Shown here one piece after another: positions 23,053-36,110 of a DNA stretch of 64,000 nucleotides (its first letter is position 1; each line of letters begins with the position of its first letter). The translations under genes and the position numbers were made by a program. Source of the stretch: Camelus ferus (lineage: Eukaryota); NCBI RefSeq assembly GCF_009834535.1, contig NC_045697.1, positions 93,064,001 to 93,128,000 of the forward strand, read 5' to 3'. The notes below the pieces were generated by a model that worked only from the letters and a program-made list of their open reading frames with translations, made no database searches and had not been told where the DNA came from.

Positions 23053-24284
23053 TTTCTTTGAACTCTCTAAATATTTTGTTGCAAGATCACGTTGACACAG
23101 TTCTGAGGCAAGTTTTATTTATTTTCACTCCTGTATGAGTGAGAGGAATATAAGTGACTCTCAGCTATCTCTCTGTTTGGGGACCCTCACAGAAAAGATA
23201 GAGACTGGGAGAAATCAATATTATTGTTAAAACACATTAATTTAATTTTACCTGAGGAGATCAATGCCAAACGCGGCTCTTAGCTTTGGGGTCTGAAAAC
23301 CCTGGGCTTTTTCTCATTAAAGACATATGGGAATATGCTATTAAACCTTTTTTTTAATCATCAGAATTTTTTTTTTCTCTGAGGTTATTAAGCCTTATCT
23401 TGCAGGATTTCTTTGAAGATTAAGTTAGTTATCAATATCATTCAGCTCTGTGTACCATTATGAACTGGAGTGTTTTCTTACTAGTTATTATATCAAGGAT
23501 ACAAATCTAAATAAAAATTTGAAAAAAAAAAAAAAAAGGTTCTCATGGAATGATTCTAAAGGAGATGGTGGGGGAGGGGAGTGAATTACTTCACATAACC
23601 CACAGCAGTATTTCTTAAAAACCTGTTTTAGACACTGCTCTTCCTAAGTCCAACTTTCCACAGCAGTTTCATTATTAAACCCCTTCCCTCTTTGCTAATG
23701 TGCTCCCTGGACTCTTTCTCTCTCTGCCTCCCTCCAAAGTCCACATTTTGTATTGTTTATACCAAAAAAGGTAGAGCTCCAATTTAGCCTCTACCACATT
23801 CTCCTAAATCTCTTTTCCGCATATTTATCTATTCTTCCCTATAAAGTTTTATTAGATAGAGTATTTCAGAAAAAATTTAAAAAGCTCTTTTACAGAATAA
23901 ATTTCAAACTGTAATGTTGTAGCATACAATTAAGGGCACTTGAGAAGTAAGCGGTTTTCACTGAACTCCTATGATAGCTAAAATGTATATGAGAAAAGAT
24001 GAATAATTCAGATACAAAGCTAAAAGAAACGAATATCCTAAAAGACACTTCAAAATATATAGTAAATGAAGGTCCACGATGTTCTGAGGCAGACGCTATA
24101 AGGCCCAGTTATGAGCTTTTATTATAGCCTCTAGGCAACATAACCATCTAAATTTTGAGAGCATGGTTCTTAAAATTAATTTTTGTTTGACTTTTTGAGC
24201 AAGTTATTTGTAATTTTTGAACTTTAGTTTGAAAAGCAATGTAAATTATACAGACAGTTTGGACACTTTATCATGTGGCCCTTA

Positions 24285-24470
24285 TAGAGCAGCACTTCAC
24301 AATATTTGGTCTGCATATGAAACACCTGGGGATGTTGGTAATTTGAAAATTATGATTCAGTCATTCTGGAGTGAGAGGCAAGATTCTGTATTTCTGAGAA
24401 ACCGCAGTTCATGTTCATGATGCCCAATGAGTATGCTGTGGATCTGTGAACCACACTTTGAGTGGCAAAG
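24285..24470. mobile_element. MER5A-like hAT MITE
   Basis: gaaacacctggggatgttgg...ctgtatttctgag...gaaccacactttgagtggca. Confidence 0.65.
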
Positions 24471-26979
24471 ACCTAGAGTTTCTTGTTATATCCAAGACAA
24501 AACAAAAGCAAAAAACCCATGAGATTTCAATGATTAAATATACATTTCTGTTTATAATAGCTTGGCCCAGAATAATACTATTTAATTGTAACAGTCTCAT
24601 GAAAAAAGATCAGACGTATATTCAGTACATTTATGATGTCAACTCATGGACCAATAAGATCCCCGTACAAAGTCTATATAAACTTTTACAGGAATTTAAT
24701 TAAAGCTGGACGGCATGTAATATAAGGTAGCATAAGGGATGCGGTCTTACGCATGGCAAGTTAAAAAAACAGTATAGAACAATCAGTACCATATATATTT
24801 TAAAGAAATCGCTTATTTTAAGTGACAAACACATCATCTATTATGTTTAAAGAATTACGTTTATTAAAATATCAGAAATTTTATAGTAGAGTTTGTAAAT
24901 ATTTGGAATAAACTTAGGTCTTATATTTGGATAAAAGTTACAGTAATGGTCACTTTGTATCTAGTAATAGGTTTATGGATATTTAAGTACTATCATAATA
25001 AAAATATTTTAATTCAACATTATGGATATGAGAAAAATTTTCACATAAAAATCCAAAAAGTAAAAGTGAATCTGCTTTACATATAAACTGGGATTTAACA
25101 AGTAAAATGGATATAGGGCGGTAGGAACCAGCTTTCTGAGTAAGATATTGTTATTTAAGGGGGGAAAGCTAAAATAAATCCTGCTGTACTAAATTAGAAT
25201 CATAGAAATCAAACAAACATCATATGTAGCTCAAAATATATAGAAATTCAAATTTATTGATTAATAGACGATAGTTATAGATAATGTTAGTATTCACACA
25301 CATTTCCTAGATCTATCTACTGGAAAATGTAAAAGCAGTAACCGTAGTAGCAAAGACACACTTATCATTCAGATCTTGGTTTGCATATGTCCAAACTCAC
25401 CAAATTTTACACATTAAATACATGCAGTTCTTTGTAGCTCAATTATACATTAATAAAACTATTAAAATGAGACTTAGAAGAAAAGTTTGTTGGATAAATA
25501 TTGTGAAAGAGTAGACAGATAAGGCAGAGACTAGGAAAGAATTAAACTGAGAGAAAATATACTGACTTTCAAAATCTTTTAAAGACTGAGGAATGTTTGC
25601 AGCAACAAACTGCTTAAATTCATTTTAACTTTGCTCACATTTAGACACTTCAATACTTTTTTTCAGTTTCATTCTGAATTTAAACTCTTCTTTACAAAGT
25701 GGTTTATAGTTCACTGGCAGTGTTTCTAAAGACCCCAATGATGGACAATTTCAAGGGTGAGACAAATACTGCAATGTAGTGGACAATAAAAGATCACCCA
25801 CAATTCTGTATTCTCTGGGTCAGGTGTCCAAGGTAAGTTTGTTTTGTTTGTTGGCTTTTTTTTTTTTTTTCAATCTCACCCTTATCATCATCTTAGGGTA
25901 GTCAGAAGTTTCCAATAGCTCCATAGGTCAGGTGGAAAAAAAACAAATAATTGCCTCCACTTGGTAAGTCCACCATGATTCTGGTCAGGACTACAGGGGT
26001 TGGATGCCTGCCTGGAAACCAGTACAACAATACTGGTAAGCTGCTGTGCGTCAAAGTTTACTTTTAAACATTAACTGTGATAAAATATATACTAATAAAT
26101 ACCTCATTACAAAATAGTCTAAATTCACCTGTACTGCTCATTTCTTTTCATCTATTTCTTGTCTGCTCTTGAGGTGAAGTATAATGAGTTCTATGCAAAT
26201 GCATTCATGTAACAGGGAATGAATATATTAAAAGATGAAATACCTAATCAAAGCCATTGTGTTGTTTCTTGAATCTTTTCCTAAGTTTCAAAATCTTGCT
26301 TAAGTTATACCAAAAATTTGGCACATGCTTTAAAGCATTCCTTTCAAATTAATGTGTGAAAATGTAATCCAAATATTTTAACATATTCCATTATTCTTCA
26401 TTTCGTTAAATACTGAGATTGGAAATCGACACAAGCAGAGAAGCTGCTTAGATTTAATATTGAAAATTAAATTTCTTAATTAAATAATACAATGCTAAAG
26501 CTAGGGTATATGTGCACAGTCTTGCTGCACGTATGCCACAACAAGCCTGCAGGGTTTTGTGACTGATTTTCTACTTGTGAAGAAAGTAGCACATTTTACA
26601 TACAGATACCATGCAACTTTTTGGTCATGTGTGTTATTCTCTGAACAAGCACTTCATAGAGCACCATGGAAAAATATATATAAGGGACTCTGATGATTTT
26701 ATTGAATTAAAATTATATTGCATAGTGGAGCGTGGTTCTTCTCTGATAGAGAACATTTGCCCCTAAGCATGGCATAACGAGAGGGCTATAGCTATGCGTG
26801 CAGCATTATAACGTAGATTGAAAAGAAAGAGGATAGGACTTGGTGGACAGACAGCAGTAATCATTCTCCATCTCAATAACTTTACAATGTTTCTGTGGTG
26901 GGTTAGTCATATCTTTTTAGAGGTGAAACAATAGCATGTTTCAGTCAAATATCAAAGGTCCAAGCACTAAAAATAAATG

Positions 26980-27520
26980 TTCATTAACATATTACAAAAT
27001 TATCATCACAGTAGGGTTAGCTGACACTTCTATCACCTGATATAATTACTTTTTGTGTATGTGAGAACATTTAAGAGTTACTCTCTCAGCAACTTTCAAG
27101 TATGTAACACGGTCTCATTAACTATAATCACCATAGATTATAGATTATCATGTTTTATGACCTCCCGAACTTATTCATTTTATAACTGGACATTTGTAAA
27201 CTTTGATAGACGTATCCTCATTTCCCTCACCCCCTAGCTGTTGGTAACCATCATTCTACTCTGTTTCTAGGAGTTCATTTTTTTTTAGATTCCATATATA
27301 AGTGAAATGATACAGTATTTGTTTTACTATGTCTGATTTATTTCGCTTAGTGTGGTACCCTCAAGTTCCATCCACATCATCTCAAATGGCAGGATTTCCT
27401 TTTTTCTCATGACTGAATAGAATTCTATTTTATTTATATAATATATATTTATATATATAAATTTATATAATATAAATAAAATAAAATTATATATATATAT
27501 ATATACAATTATATATATAT

Positions 27521-27557
<37 letters not shown>

Positions 27558-27740
27558 ATACACATATACACACCACATTTTCTTTAACCATTTATCCATA
27601 GATAGACACTTAGGTTGCTTCCATATCTTGGCTACTGTAAATAATACTGCAAAGAACATGAGAATGCAGGTAGCCCTTCATGACCCTTCAGATATATACC
27701 TAGAAGTGGAATTGCTGGATCATAATGATAGTTTTATTTT
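26980..27740 (-). mobile_element. L1 ORF2 C-terminus/3'UTR with an expanded (TA)n/(CA)n tract
   Basis: ORF 27327-27659 MFFAVLFTVAKIWKQPKCLSMDKWLKKMW is the L1 ORF2 tail. Confidence 0.9.
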
Positions 27741-27879
27741 TGTTGTGTAATTATTTTGCAGTATATATCAAATCATCATGCTGTGCACTTTAAATTTATA
27801 CAGTGTTATGTGTCAGTAATATCCCAATAAAGATGGAGGGGAAAAAGGAAATAAGGATTGAGGAAAAAAAAAAGACCTA

Positions 27880-29030
27880 GAACTAGAATGTATTAAAAAA
27901 ACTCAAAACTCAACAGTTAAAAATAATAATAAGAAGAAGAAGAAGAAGAAGAAGGAGAAGGAGGAGAAGAAGAAGAAGAGAGAGAAGAAGAAGAAGAAGA
28001 AGAAGAAGAAGAAGAAGAAGAAGAAGAAGAAGAAGAAGAAGAAGAAGAAGAAGAAAGAAGAGAAGGAGAAGGAGAAGGAGAAGGAGAAGGAGAAGGAGAA
28101 GGAGAAGGAGAAGGAGAGAGGAGAAGGAGAAGAAGAGAAGGAGAAGAAGGAGAATAATTCAATTAGAAAATAGGCAAAGACATAAAGAGGCATTTCACCA
28201 AAGAAGATTTATAGATGGCAAATAAGCCCATGAAATGATGTTCAAAGTCATCAGTCATTAGGGAAATGCAGATTAAAATCACAATGAGATATCACTATAT
28301 ACCTAAAAGAACGGTTAAGACAAAAAAAAAAAATGACAACACCAAACATTAGGAAAAATGTGGAAATCACTCACACATTGCTGGTAGGAATGTAAAATGG
28401 TACAGTCACCTAGGAAATTGGTTGGCACTTTCTTAAACAAATTAAACATTCAATAGCCATACAATCCAGCAATTACATTCCTGGACATTTATCTCCAAGA
28501 AATAAAAGCTGTGTTTACATAAAAGCCTGTACACAAATGTTTATAGTTACTTTATTTGTAATAAACCCAAACTAGAAATTATCTACATAGCTTTTTCATA
28601 GGTGAAAGGTTGACCAAAACATGATACACCTATGACACGGAATTCTACTCATCAATAAATAGGAGCAAATTATTGATATACACAACAACCTGGAGATGAA
28701 TCTCCAAAGAATAATGCTTACTGAATAAAGCCAACTCCAAAAGGTTACATATTATATGATTTCACTTATATAATAATATTTTGAAATGATAAAATTGTAG
28801 AAATGGGTAACAGATTTGTGTTGGCTAGAAGTTTAGGAATGGGATGGGAATGTGATGGAAGTGGCCGTGGCTCTAAAAGGGCAACATAGGGATGATGGAA
28901 ACACTTTATGCTTTGACTGCATTCATGTACATACCCTGGCTGTGATGTTGTACTACAGTTTTGCAATATGTTACATTGGAAAAAAACTTGGTTAAGAGTT
29001 TAAAGAGTATCTCTGAATTACTTTTTAAAA
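27880..29030 (+). mobile_element. Old L1 ORF2 end and 3'UTR
   Basis: gggaaatgcagattaaaatcacaatgagatatcac and similar L1 hallmarks. Confidence 0.88.
27931..28154 (+). repeat. Homopurine (GAA)n/(GGAGAA)n microsatellite
   Basis: About 224 nt containing only A and G. Confidence 0.97.
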
Positions 29031-31948
29031 GCACATGTATTTTAATGTATTATTGTGTCTTTTCTTACTACATAAATGATTATTATCTTTAATTAGCTTA
29101 AAGTAAGAAAGTGCCCTTCCTAAATTTGTCTGGATAATATATGTTCTTTAACAGCTGTATTGTCAATCTTTTTCACTATATATCTGATTATTTTTAAGTT
29201 GCTTTTATTTTTCACATATTAAATCAGTGGGTTTCATAATTTTAAATTATGTACTACTGTATTATTATTGCAATAATAAACCTTTATTCTTCAATTGACT
29301 AATGAATTGCCCACATATATGTTAAGACTTAGTGTTAAAATAGTAATAATAATAATAGCTGAATAATCAGTATCTTAACCATCAGCTAATAGCAATTCAG
29401 AATGACATGCTTAGGGTTCTACTCCTGGCAGTAATGAATTAGACTGTGTCAGAGTAAACTGCCTGCTGAGAGCAATTGTAAAGGCTGGGCAAAAGAAACT
29501 AAACAGCTGTCTAAAGGAGTCAGAAAGCAACCAACAGAGCGAGGACTTGAGGGATTAAGATTTTGAAGCAAAGGAAAGCATTTTAATTTAATATAAATTC
29601 TACAGTTCTGATTGCAGGATTATAGTGGATAGCTGTGGAGCAGAATTTGCAAAAGATTCACTGGCCAAGGGAAACAGAAATTTGTCTTTGAGATACTAAG
29701 TAAGTAGCAAATAAAGGAAACGAAAAAGAACCAGAAAAAAAGAGAATTGCACAGAACAAAGTCTAATATTCCCTGCGAAATTTTCTATGAAGGAATTTGC
29801 TGATTCCTAAATCCCAAATGCATGGGGTAAGAGGTGGAAAGCTTCAAGCATAAAGCATTTCCTGGAAGATTAAAAGGCTAATCAGAGTCTGGCAGTTCGA
29901 AAGTTATGGTACAAGCAAAACTTGGACATCAGCATTTAACAAAGAAAAGGGACCTAGTAAATAACCCTGTGCTTAGTAAAGACCCATGAAGGTCAAACTC
30001 TAGAAGAAAGAGGAATAAAATAAATAGGTATTCTCTCACAAGGACTGAAAGTTAGTCTTGAATTATTGGAATGTCTGGTGAGGTCACAAGATCTGCATAT
30101 ACTCTCCCTGTTTCAGAAGAAAATTAAATTTTCTCTGAGTAAAATTAATATCATTCAGAGACATTACAATTTTTTAATCTAATTGTCTGGCAACCAATCA
30201 CAAAATTCAGGCATACCAAGGCATAGAAATGAATGAGAAAAAAAAATAAGAAAAAAGAACACAGGAAAAAACATAAGTAAACTAGATTAAAAAGTGTTCC
30301 TTAAATGGAACGTTGACCACAACTTATTGCAGATAAGCCACCAATCAATACTAAAATTAATGGATAAAAGTATCATGAGAAAGAAGATACTTACATTTGT
30401 TCAAATTATCTCCCTTAAAATACTTACTAATTTAAAAGAGAAAAATAGGAATTTTTTTAGTGGAGATACTTGACAGATACCACTTTAACAAAGCATTCAA
30501 AGTCAGTGTCACCAGTAATAAGATGTAATGAGATCATGGGACCCCTCCTAACATTCACTGAGAAAGTTTTTTTTCCCAAGAATATAATGGAATTTCTCAA
30601 GAACACCATGGAATATTTTACAAGAATTCCATAAGATTCCATAATATTCTTGCAGAAAAATACTAACATCAATCTCCTCGTGAGAAATTATCAGACAAAA
30701 CCAAACTCAGGGGAAAAATGGCTGATCACTATTCTCCAAAGTTGCTGAGGTCATGAAAGACCAGGAAAAGTCAGTATATGGATTAATAGTATTATATTAA
30801 TGTTACTTTCCTTTTTTTTTTGACAAACTTTATATAGTTATAGAAGATGTTAATATTAAGGAAAGCTGAATAAAGCATACTCTCTATACACTTTTCTGCA
30901 ACTTTTCTTGTCTAAAATGATTTCAAGTAAAAAAGTTTAAAATTATGAAAACGTGATAAAATTAAACATTCTCATGGACGTTATCATTTTATTGTACCAC
31001 AGTACTTAATTAAATGTACGTGAAGTAACCTAAGACATACATATTAAAGATGGAACAAATTCAGTATGAAACTCCTCCAATAGTATGCTAGCATCCTGAG
31101 GGCAAAGATTTCGTCAGCTCTATTAACCACAAAAACTAGCATTTGATATAGTATCCTGCATACAGTTGGCCCTAAATGAAAATTGTTGACTGATTGATTA
31201 ATTGAATAAATGCATGCATGCTTTTTCAAGGCAAGAACAATATTTTGGGGAAATTTTCTGATGCATGAATACAATAATCCGAAGAGACTGGACTGTAGAC
31301 TTATTTTCTCCTCCCATTGTTGTCCACTTTATTACTCCTGTGATTAAGCAAAGAGAACTCTCAGGAATACAGCTGTTTGTTGTCCTATATTGGGAAACAA
31401 TGCATTGGTGTGACAGTGTGGTACTTTTTAAGATGCATTATAGAATTCTAGGCAAGTTACAAAAAACCAAGATCACCCTTAATCTTTTAATTAGTAGCTG
31501 CTGAATTAAAGTTTTTTTTTAATGGGGGAAATATATTTTCTGAATAGAGTGAAATTGAGCCTTATGATGAGAGAAGGAATTGAGGAAAAGCAAGAAGAAA
31601 TAATGAGATTTCTACTCAAGGCTTAGGCTGCTTTTGTGTTCCTAAAATCAAACAGGTATATTGCCCATACAAAAATTGGGAGTTGATCACTTCTAATAGG
31701 GGAGAAGGCAAGTTGCTGGAAATGAGAAATAAAAGTATACTTGATGAGAATGAGATTAAAATAAAGAACTGTGGAGGAGAAGAAGAAAAAGAGCATGGGT
31801 TACAGGACTTGAGAAGCCACTAAGTCCAGTTGCTGCCTGATGTCTACAGGTTGCTACATTTCCAATAATTAGGCAGTGAGACCTCTCATTCTACTGTGAT
31901 AGGAAAACTAGGGGGGTTGGACTAAGACAGCAGTTCCAGATCCCTTGA

Positions 31949-31971
31949 ACACACACACACACACACGCACC

Positions 31972-32002
<31 letters not shown>

Positions 32003-32003
32003 C

Positions 32004-32036
<33 letters not shown>

Positions 32037-32039
32037 GCA

Positions 32040-32070
<31 letters not shown>

Positions 32071-32132
32071 GCACTCTCTCTCTCACACACACACACACAC
32101 ACTCTCTCTCTCTCTCCCCCGTCTCTCTCTCT
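31949..32132 (+). repeat. Compound alternating (CA)n/(CT)n microsatellite
   Basis: About five cycles of a CA run followed by a CT run. Confidence 0.96.
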
Positions 32133-33139
32133 ACTTTTTCGGCTTTGTAAGATTTACTTGCACACCTTCAATAAGAAATTGCTTAAAGTTCATCTTTTTC
32201 TTGGTTCATTACGTACACACTTGAAGGCAAGTCTGGGGCTCCCCTTTCATTTTAACTTGGGAACCCTTCCAGATTAGCACATACTGATATGCCATATTAT
32301 TTTCAGTAGCCACATGTTTTTATATTGTATGATTAACATCATTTATTTAATAAGGAATATGAAACCAAGCCTTATCAATTGCTGGGACCTATTTTCCAAG
32401 AGAATTTGTTCTGCTATAATAGGTGTTTCAATACTGAAAATTAGTTCATAAGTGATTGCTAAATAGGACAATGATAGCCATGCAATGCAATTGTAAACTC
32501 TAGCAGGAAAGATCAATTTGTCAACTTCGCAGCTGCACTGGAATCAGGGAACATTTCAGTTAAATTGTAAGGAAAAAAAAAAGAGCAAGCACCAGTACTA
32601 GGATCTCCTCCCCAGAAAATTATGCCTGGAGTCTGAAATGGATATTTGATCTCAGCAGTCCACCTCAAATCCCTTACAGATGACCTAAAAACTGTGGTTC
32701 AGGGTGCATACGTCAGTGGAGATTTAACACAGCTTTAAGTTACTCTCTGGTGATTACTTTTTAAGTGCTCTGGTTTAAGAATTATACTGATTTTGCATAG
32801 ATGTTTCTGTTTTCCCATTAACTTCACTCATTATTTTAACTTACTAATTTCAGTACCTGATGATTTTGAAGAATATGATATTTTCAATAATTCATCATAT
32901 TCATTCATATAGAAAGGCTGTGTATGCCATGTTCTACTAAGTATTGCAATTGTATTAATAGCAAATAGACACGGAATCTTTCTCAATACAAAACATTAAG
33001 CTTATATTCCATATCTTGTAGTAACCTATAATGAAAAAGAGGATGAAAATTAATATATGTATGTATATGTATGACTGAAACATTATGCTGTACACCAGAA
33101 ATTGTGTACCTAAGTGATTTTAGAGTGGAAAAATAAAAT

Positions 33140-36110
33140 ATCCACTGAATAGTCCATAGACCTCTCCAACTCAATATATCCAAAACTGAACTCATAGTCT
33201 TTATCTGAAAACAAGACTCTTTTTCACTTACTTGATCAGTGGTAATTAATTCACCCAAATAAATAGCTGTTTACTTTTGTATCATGTTGCCAAAAATGCA
33301 CTCGGTTCTCTGGAGAGACTCTTTGTTAAGCATTATGTTCTGTGTCTTCATAAACTTGCAGTCTGTTAGAAGATACTGGGCTTTGATAAAATAAACTCAT
33401 AAATAATAATTCACTAGTTTCTAATGATTGTACAGTTCTGAGGGCTTTCCTAGATTTGAAATTAGGTAATATTCTTTCAAGGAGTTTGACATTTGAACTG
33501 AAATCTGATGGATGGGTAAATATTAACTAGGTAAAGGGTGGAACAGAGAGAATTAATTCCCGGCATCCTGCAAAGCAGGCTCTGAGGCTGAACTGTAGAA
33601 TGCCAGAGAAAAGGAAAGTGTGCCTGGAGCACCAGGGGCAAGGGAGAGAATGCCACTAGGTGATCTTGGAGAGATGAGCAGGGATCAGCAGACCAGTAGA
33701 CTCTAGTGATAAAGTTGTATTTGATAGCTAACATTCATTGTATACTTACTAAGAGACAATTATTTTATAAATATTTATATTTTTCCATTGTGCCTTTCCT
33801 CTATATACCAATACTCCAAGAGAAGTGCAGTTATCATCATCATTTATAGAGTAAGGAACCAAATGGGATTAAGATTGTTTAAGATTTCAAGGCTTCTAAG
33901 CAGTGGACTTAGAATTTAAAAATACAGGGAGTCCAAATTAGAGTACTTGATCTTTCGATTGCTCTATCAGCAGGCCTCCACTGTTGTGGCAATGGAAACC
34001 CAAGGAAGAATTTTAAGCAGAAGATTTAGAGTAATCCATAAAAGTCTATCTCCCTCCATCTGGTCCTTCATAGTCTACATCACTACCGCTTTCTCCTTCC
34101 ACCAGAATCTTACTGATTTTGGTTCCTAAATAGATCTCTAGTCCAGGAACTTTTTTCCACCATCATTTTGGCTACATGCCTCTAAACCATAGTTGTCAGC
34201 TTTGTGTCTCAACTGCTTTCATGGCTTTCCAATGTTCTCCACCCCAGCCAGCACACCTCATCTTACTGATCCTCTCTGAACTCTTCTCCAACAACAGTCA
34301 GAATCATCTCCTTCAGTGGCAAGTCTGATCATGTCATACCATGCTTCTTTCTATTGTACATACAGTGAAATCTATATTCTCTTTCATAAACTCTGTATAA
34401 ATTATCTATTGACTGACTCCAGCCCAATTTTTGGCCAATCTCTTTTTTCATTCATTAAGCCCCAGATATAATAGTCTTTTCTCCATATTTCAAACATCAA
34501 ATGCTTTCCTGATTTAAAATCATTGACCACCTTCTTCTTTTACCTGAGATACTAATTCACTTCCCCTGCTCACTTCATTTTCTTACTGACATTCACCTAA
34601 TAGATCTTAACATACAGTTACTTTCCCAGGGACATATTGTGCTATATTCTGGGTTAGATTAAGAATCACTATCATTTTCTCTCACACACAGAAAAATATC
34701 TGTTTTTTTTTTTTTCTTTTTGTACTAAATTTATCCTAACCAAATAGTTACTGTTTAAACACAATAGTTACTAAATGATCATTGGGTAATTAATTATCTA
34801 ATGACTGCCTGCCTTTCCACTCCTTTCTTGGCTAACACCATGAGAACAGGAGTCATCAATTTTGGTCACTACACAATCATCATTATATAGCAGTCTCCTT
34901 GACACCAATACATACCTAGCAAGCTAGACATAGTTTTACTTCCATTTTGCATTAGGCTATAGTAGGAGAACCAGCTTCAGAATAGAATTCTATGAATTCT
35001 ATGCAACACTTGCTTCACTCTGCAAGAAAAGATTATGTGTGCTACATAAAAATGAAAATAGCTTAAATGTCAGAATAAAAACTATCAAGTTTTCAAACCT
35101 GAATTCTCCCTGACCCCACTTGGGTTTGCAGTTAAATGTTGAAAGTAGGTTATAAACTATGAAAATCATGTTAGAGATGGAAGGAGTCAATAGGAGAAGG
35201 GGCTTTAGACTAGCAATTGCTAACTTTGCTATTAAGGAATAAAAAACTCAAATCTTCCAAATGTAATTAAAATCATATCGTATAACAGAAGGTCAATGAC
35301 CAAAGAAAAATTCAATGTTCACATGGACAAGTTACAGACTTACAATGTATTTATCAAGAAATATTATATAAATTAATAGCAATAAAATCCAGTTCTCCAA
35401 AGCTAAAGGAAAAGGTTTTAAAAGTATTGTTTCCCTAGGCCTGAAAAATACTTGTGCTAAAGCAGCAGAAAGGTTTGCTCTGCAAGATATTATTCCTCCC
35501 CTTTTTTTATTGTCTGTTGCTAAAATGGCACCAGGTCAAAACAATGAGATACTCTGCTGATAGTAGCGCTATAAATACATAGATTTATTGATAGAATTAT
35601 GACGCTGCAGAAGCTTTCCAATTAGTGTTAGAGTCATTAACTAGGCAGGGAATATATGGATAGTGGCACTTTATTCAATTATACTTATAAAGATGTATTA
35701 CTGCAGATGATAAGAAGTAATAGAAACACTTGTATATAACAGTACTTAAATGAAATACCAATAAAATACTTTTTTCCCCCTCTCCAACAATATAGCTGAT
35801 GGGGTTTTGCTACTCCCACAACTCTAAATCTTTAGGGTTGGATCTGTTCCCTGAGTGTTCTTGGCTTCCTGCATAATTTGCAAGGAATTGAGTTTTGTGG
35901 TATTAGCAGAGTCATGTAAGACTCTTTCTGCCAGCTTTGCACAGCTTATTTCATATGCTTCAACCACTGACTCAGATACCAGCCCATCAAAAAGACTTGC
36001 CCTGACTGCCCCATCACAAATATCTCCCTGCTGCGCTAACTCCATTTACTTACTATCCCACTGTTTTGAACTCTTAGAGGTAAAAGTATCCAGGTTTGTA
36101 GGATTTGGCA
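33140..36110. mobile_element. Cluster of L2 and MIR fragments
   Basis: L2 hallmarks (ctcaatatatccaaaactgaactc; tgacatttgaactgaaatctga; aagtctgatcatgtcat) and a MIR core near 33830-33940. Confidence 0.7.

Noticed and set aside
27903..28193. Poly-Phe and poly-Ser ORFs
   Set aside because: Translations of the GAA microsatellite
31908..32277. HT/LS and CV/RE repeat ORFs
   Set aside because: Translations of the CA/CT microsatellite
35824..36045. Protein-like ORF MELAQQGDICDG...
   Set aside because: The nucleotide sequence resembles an L2 fragment (gtcagggcaagtc...gtatctgagtcag...gctgtgcaaag)
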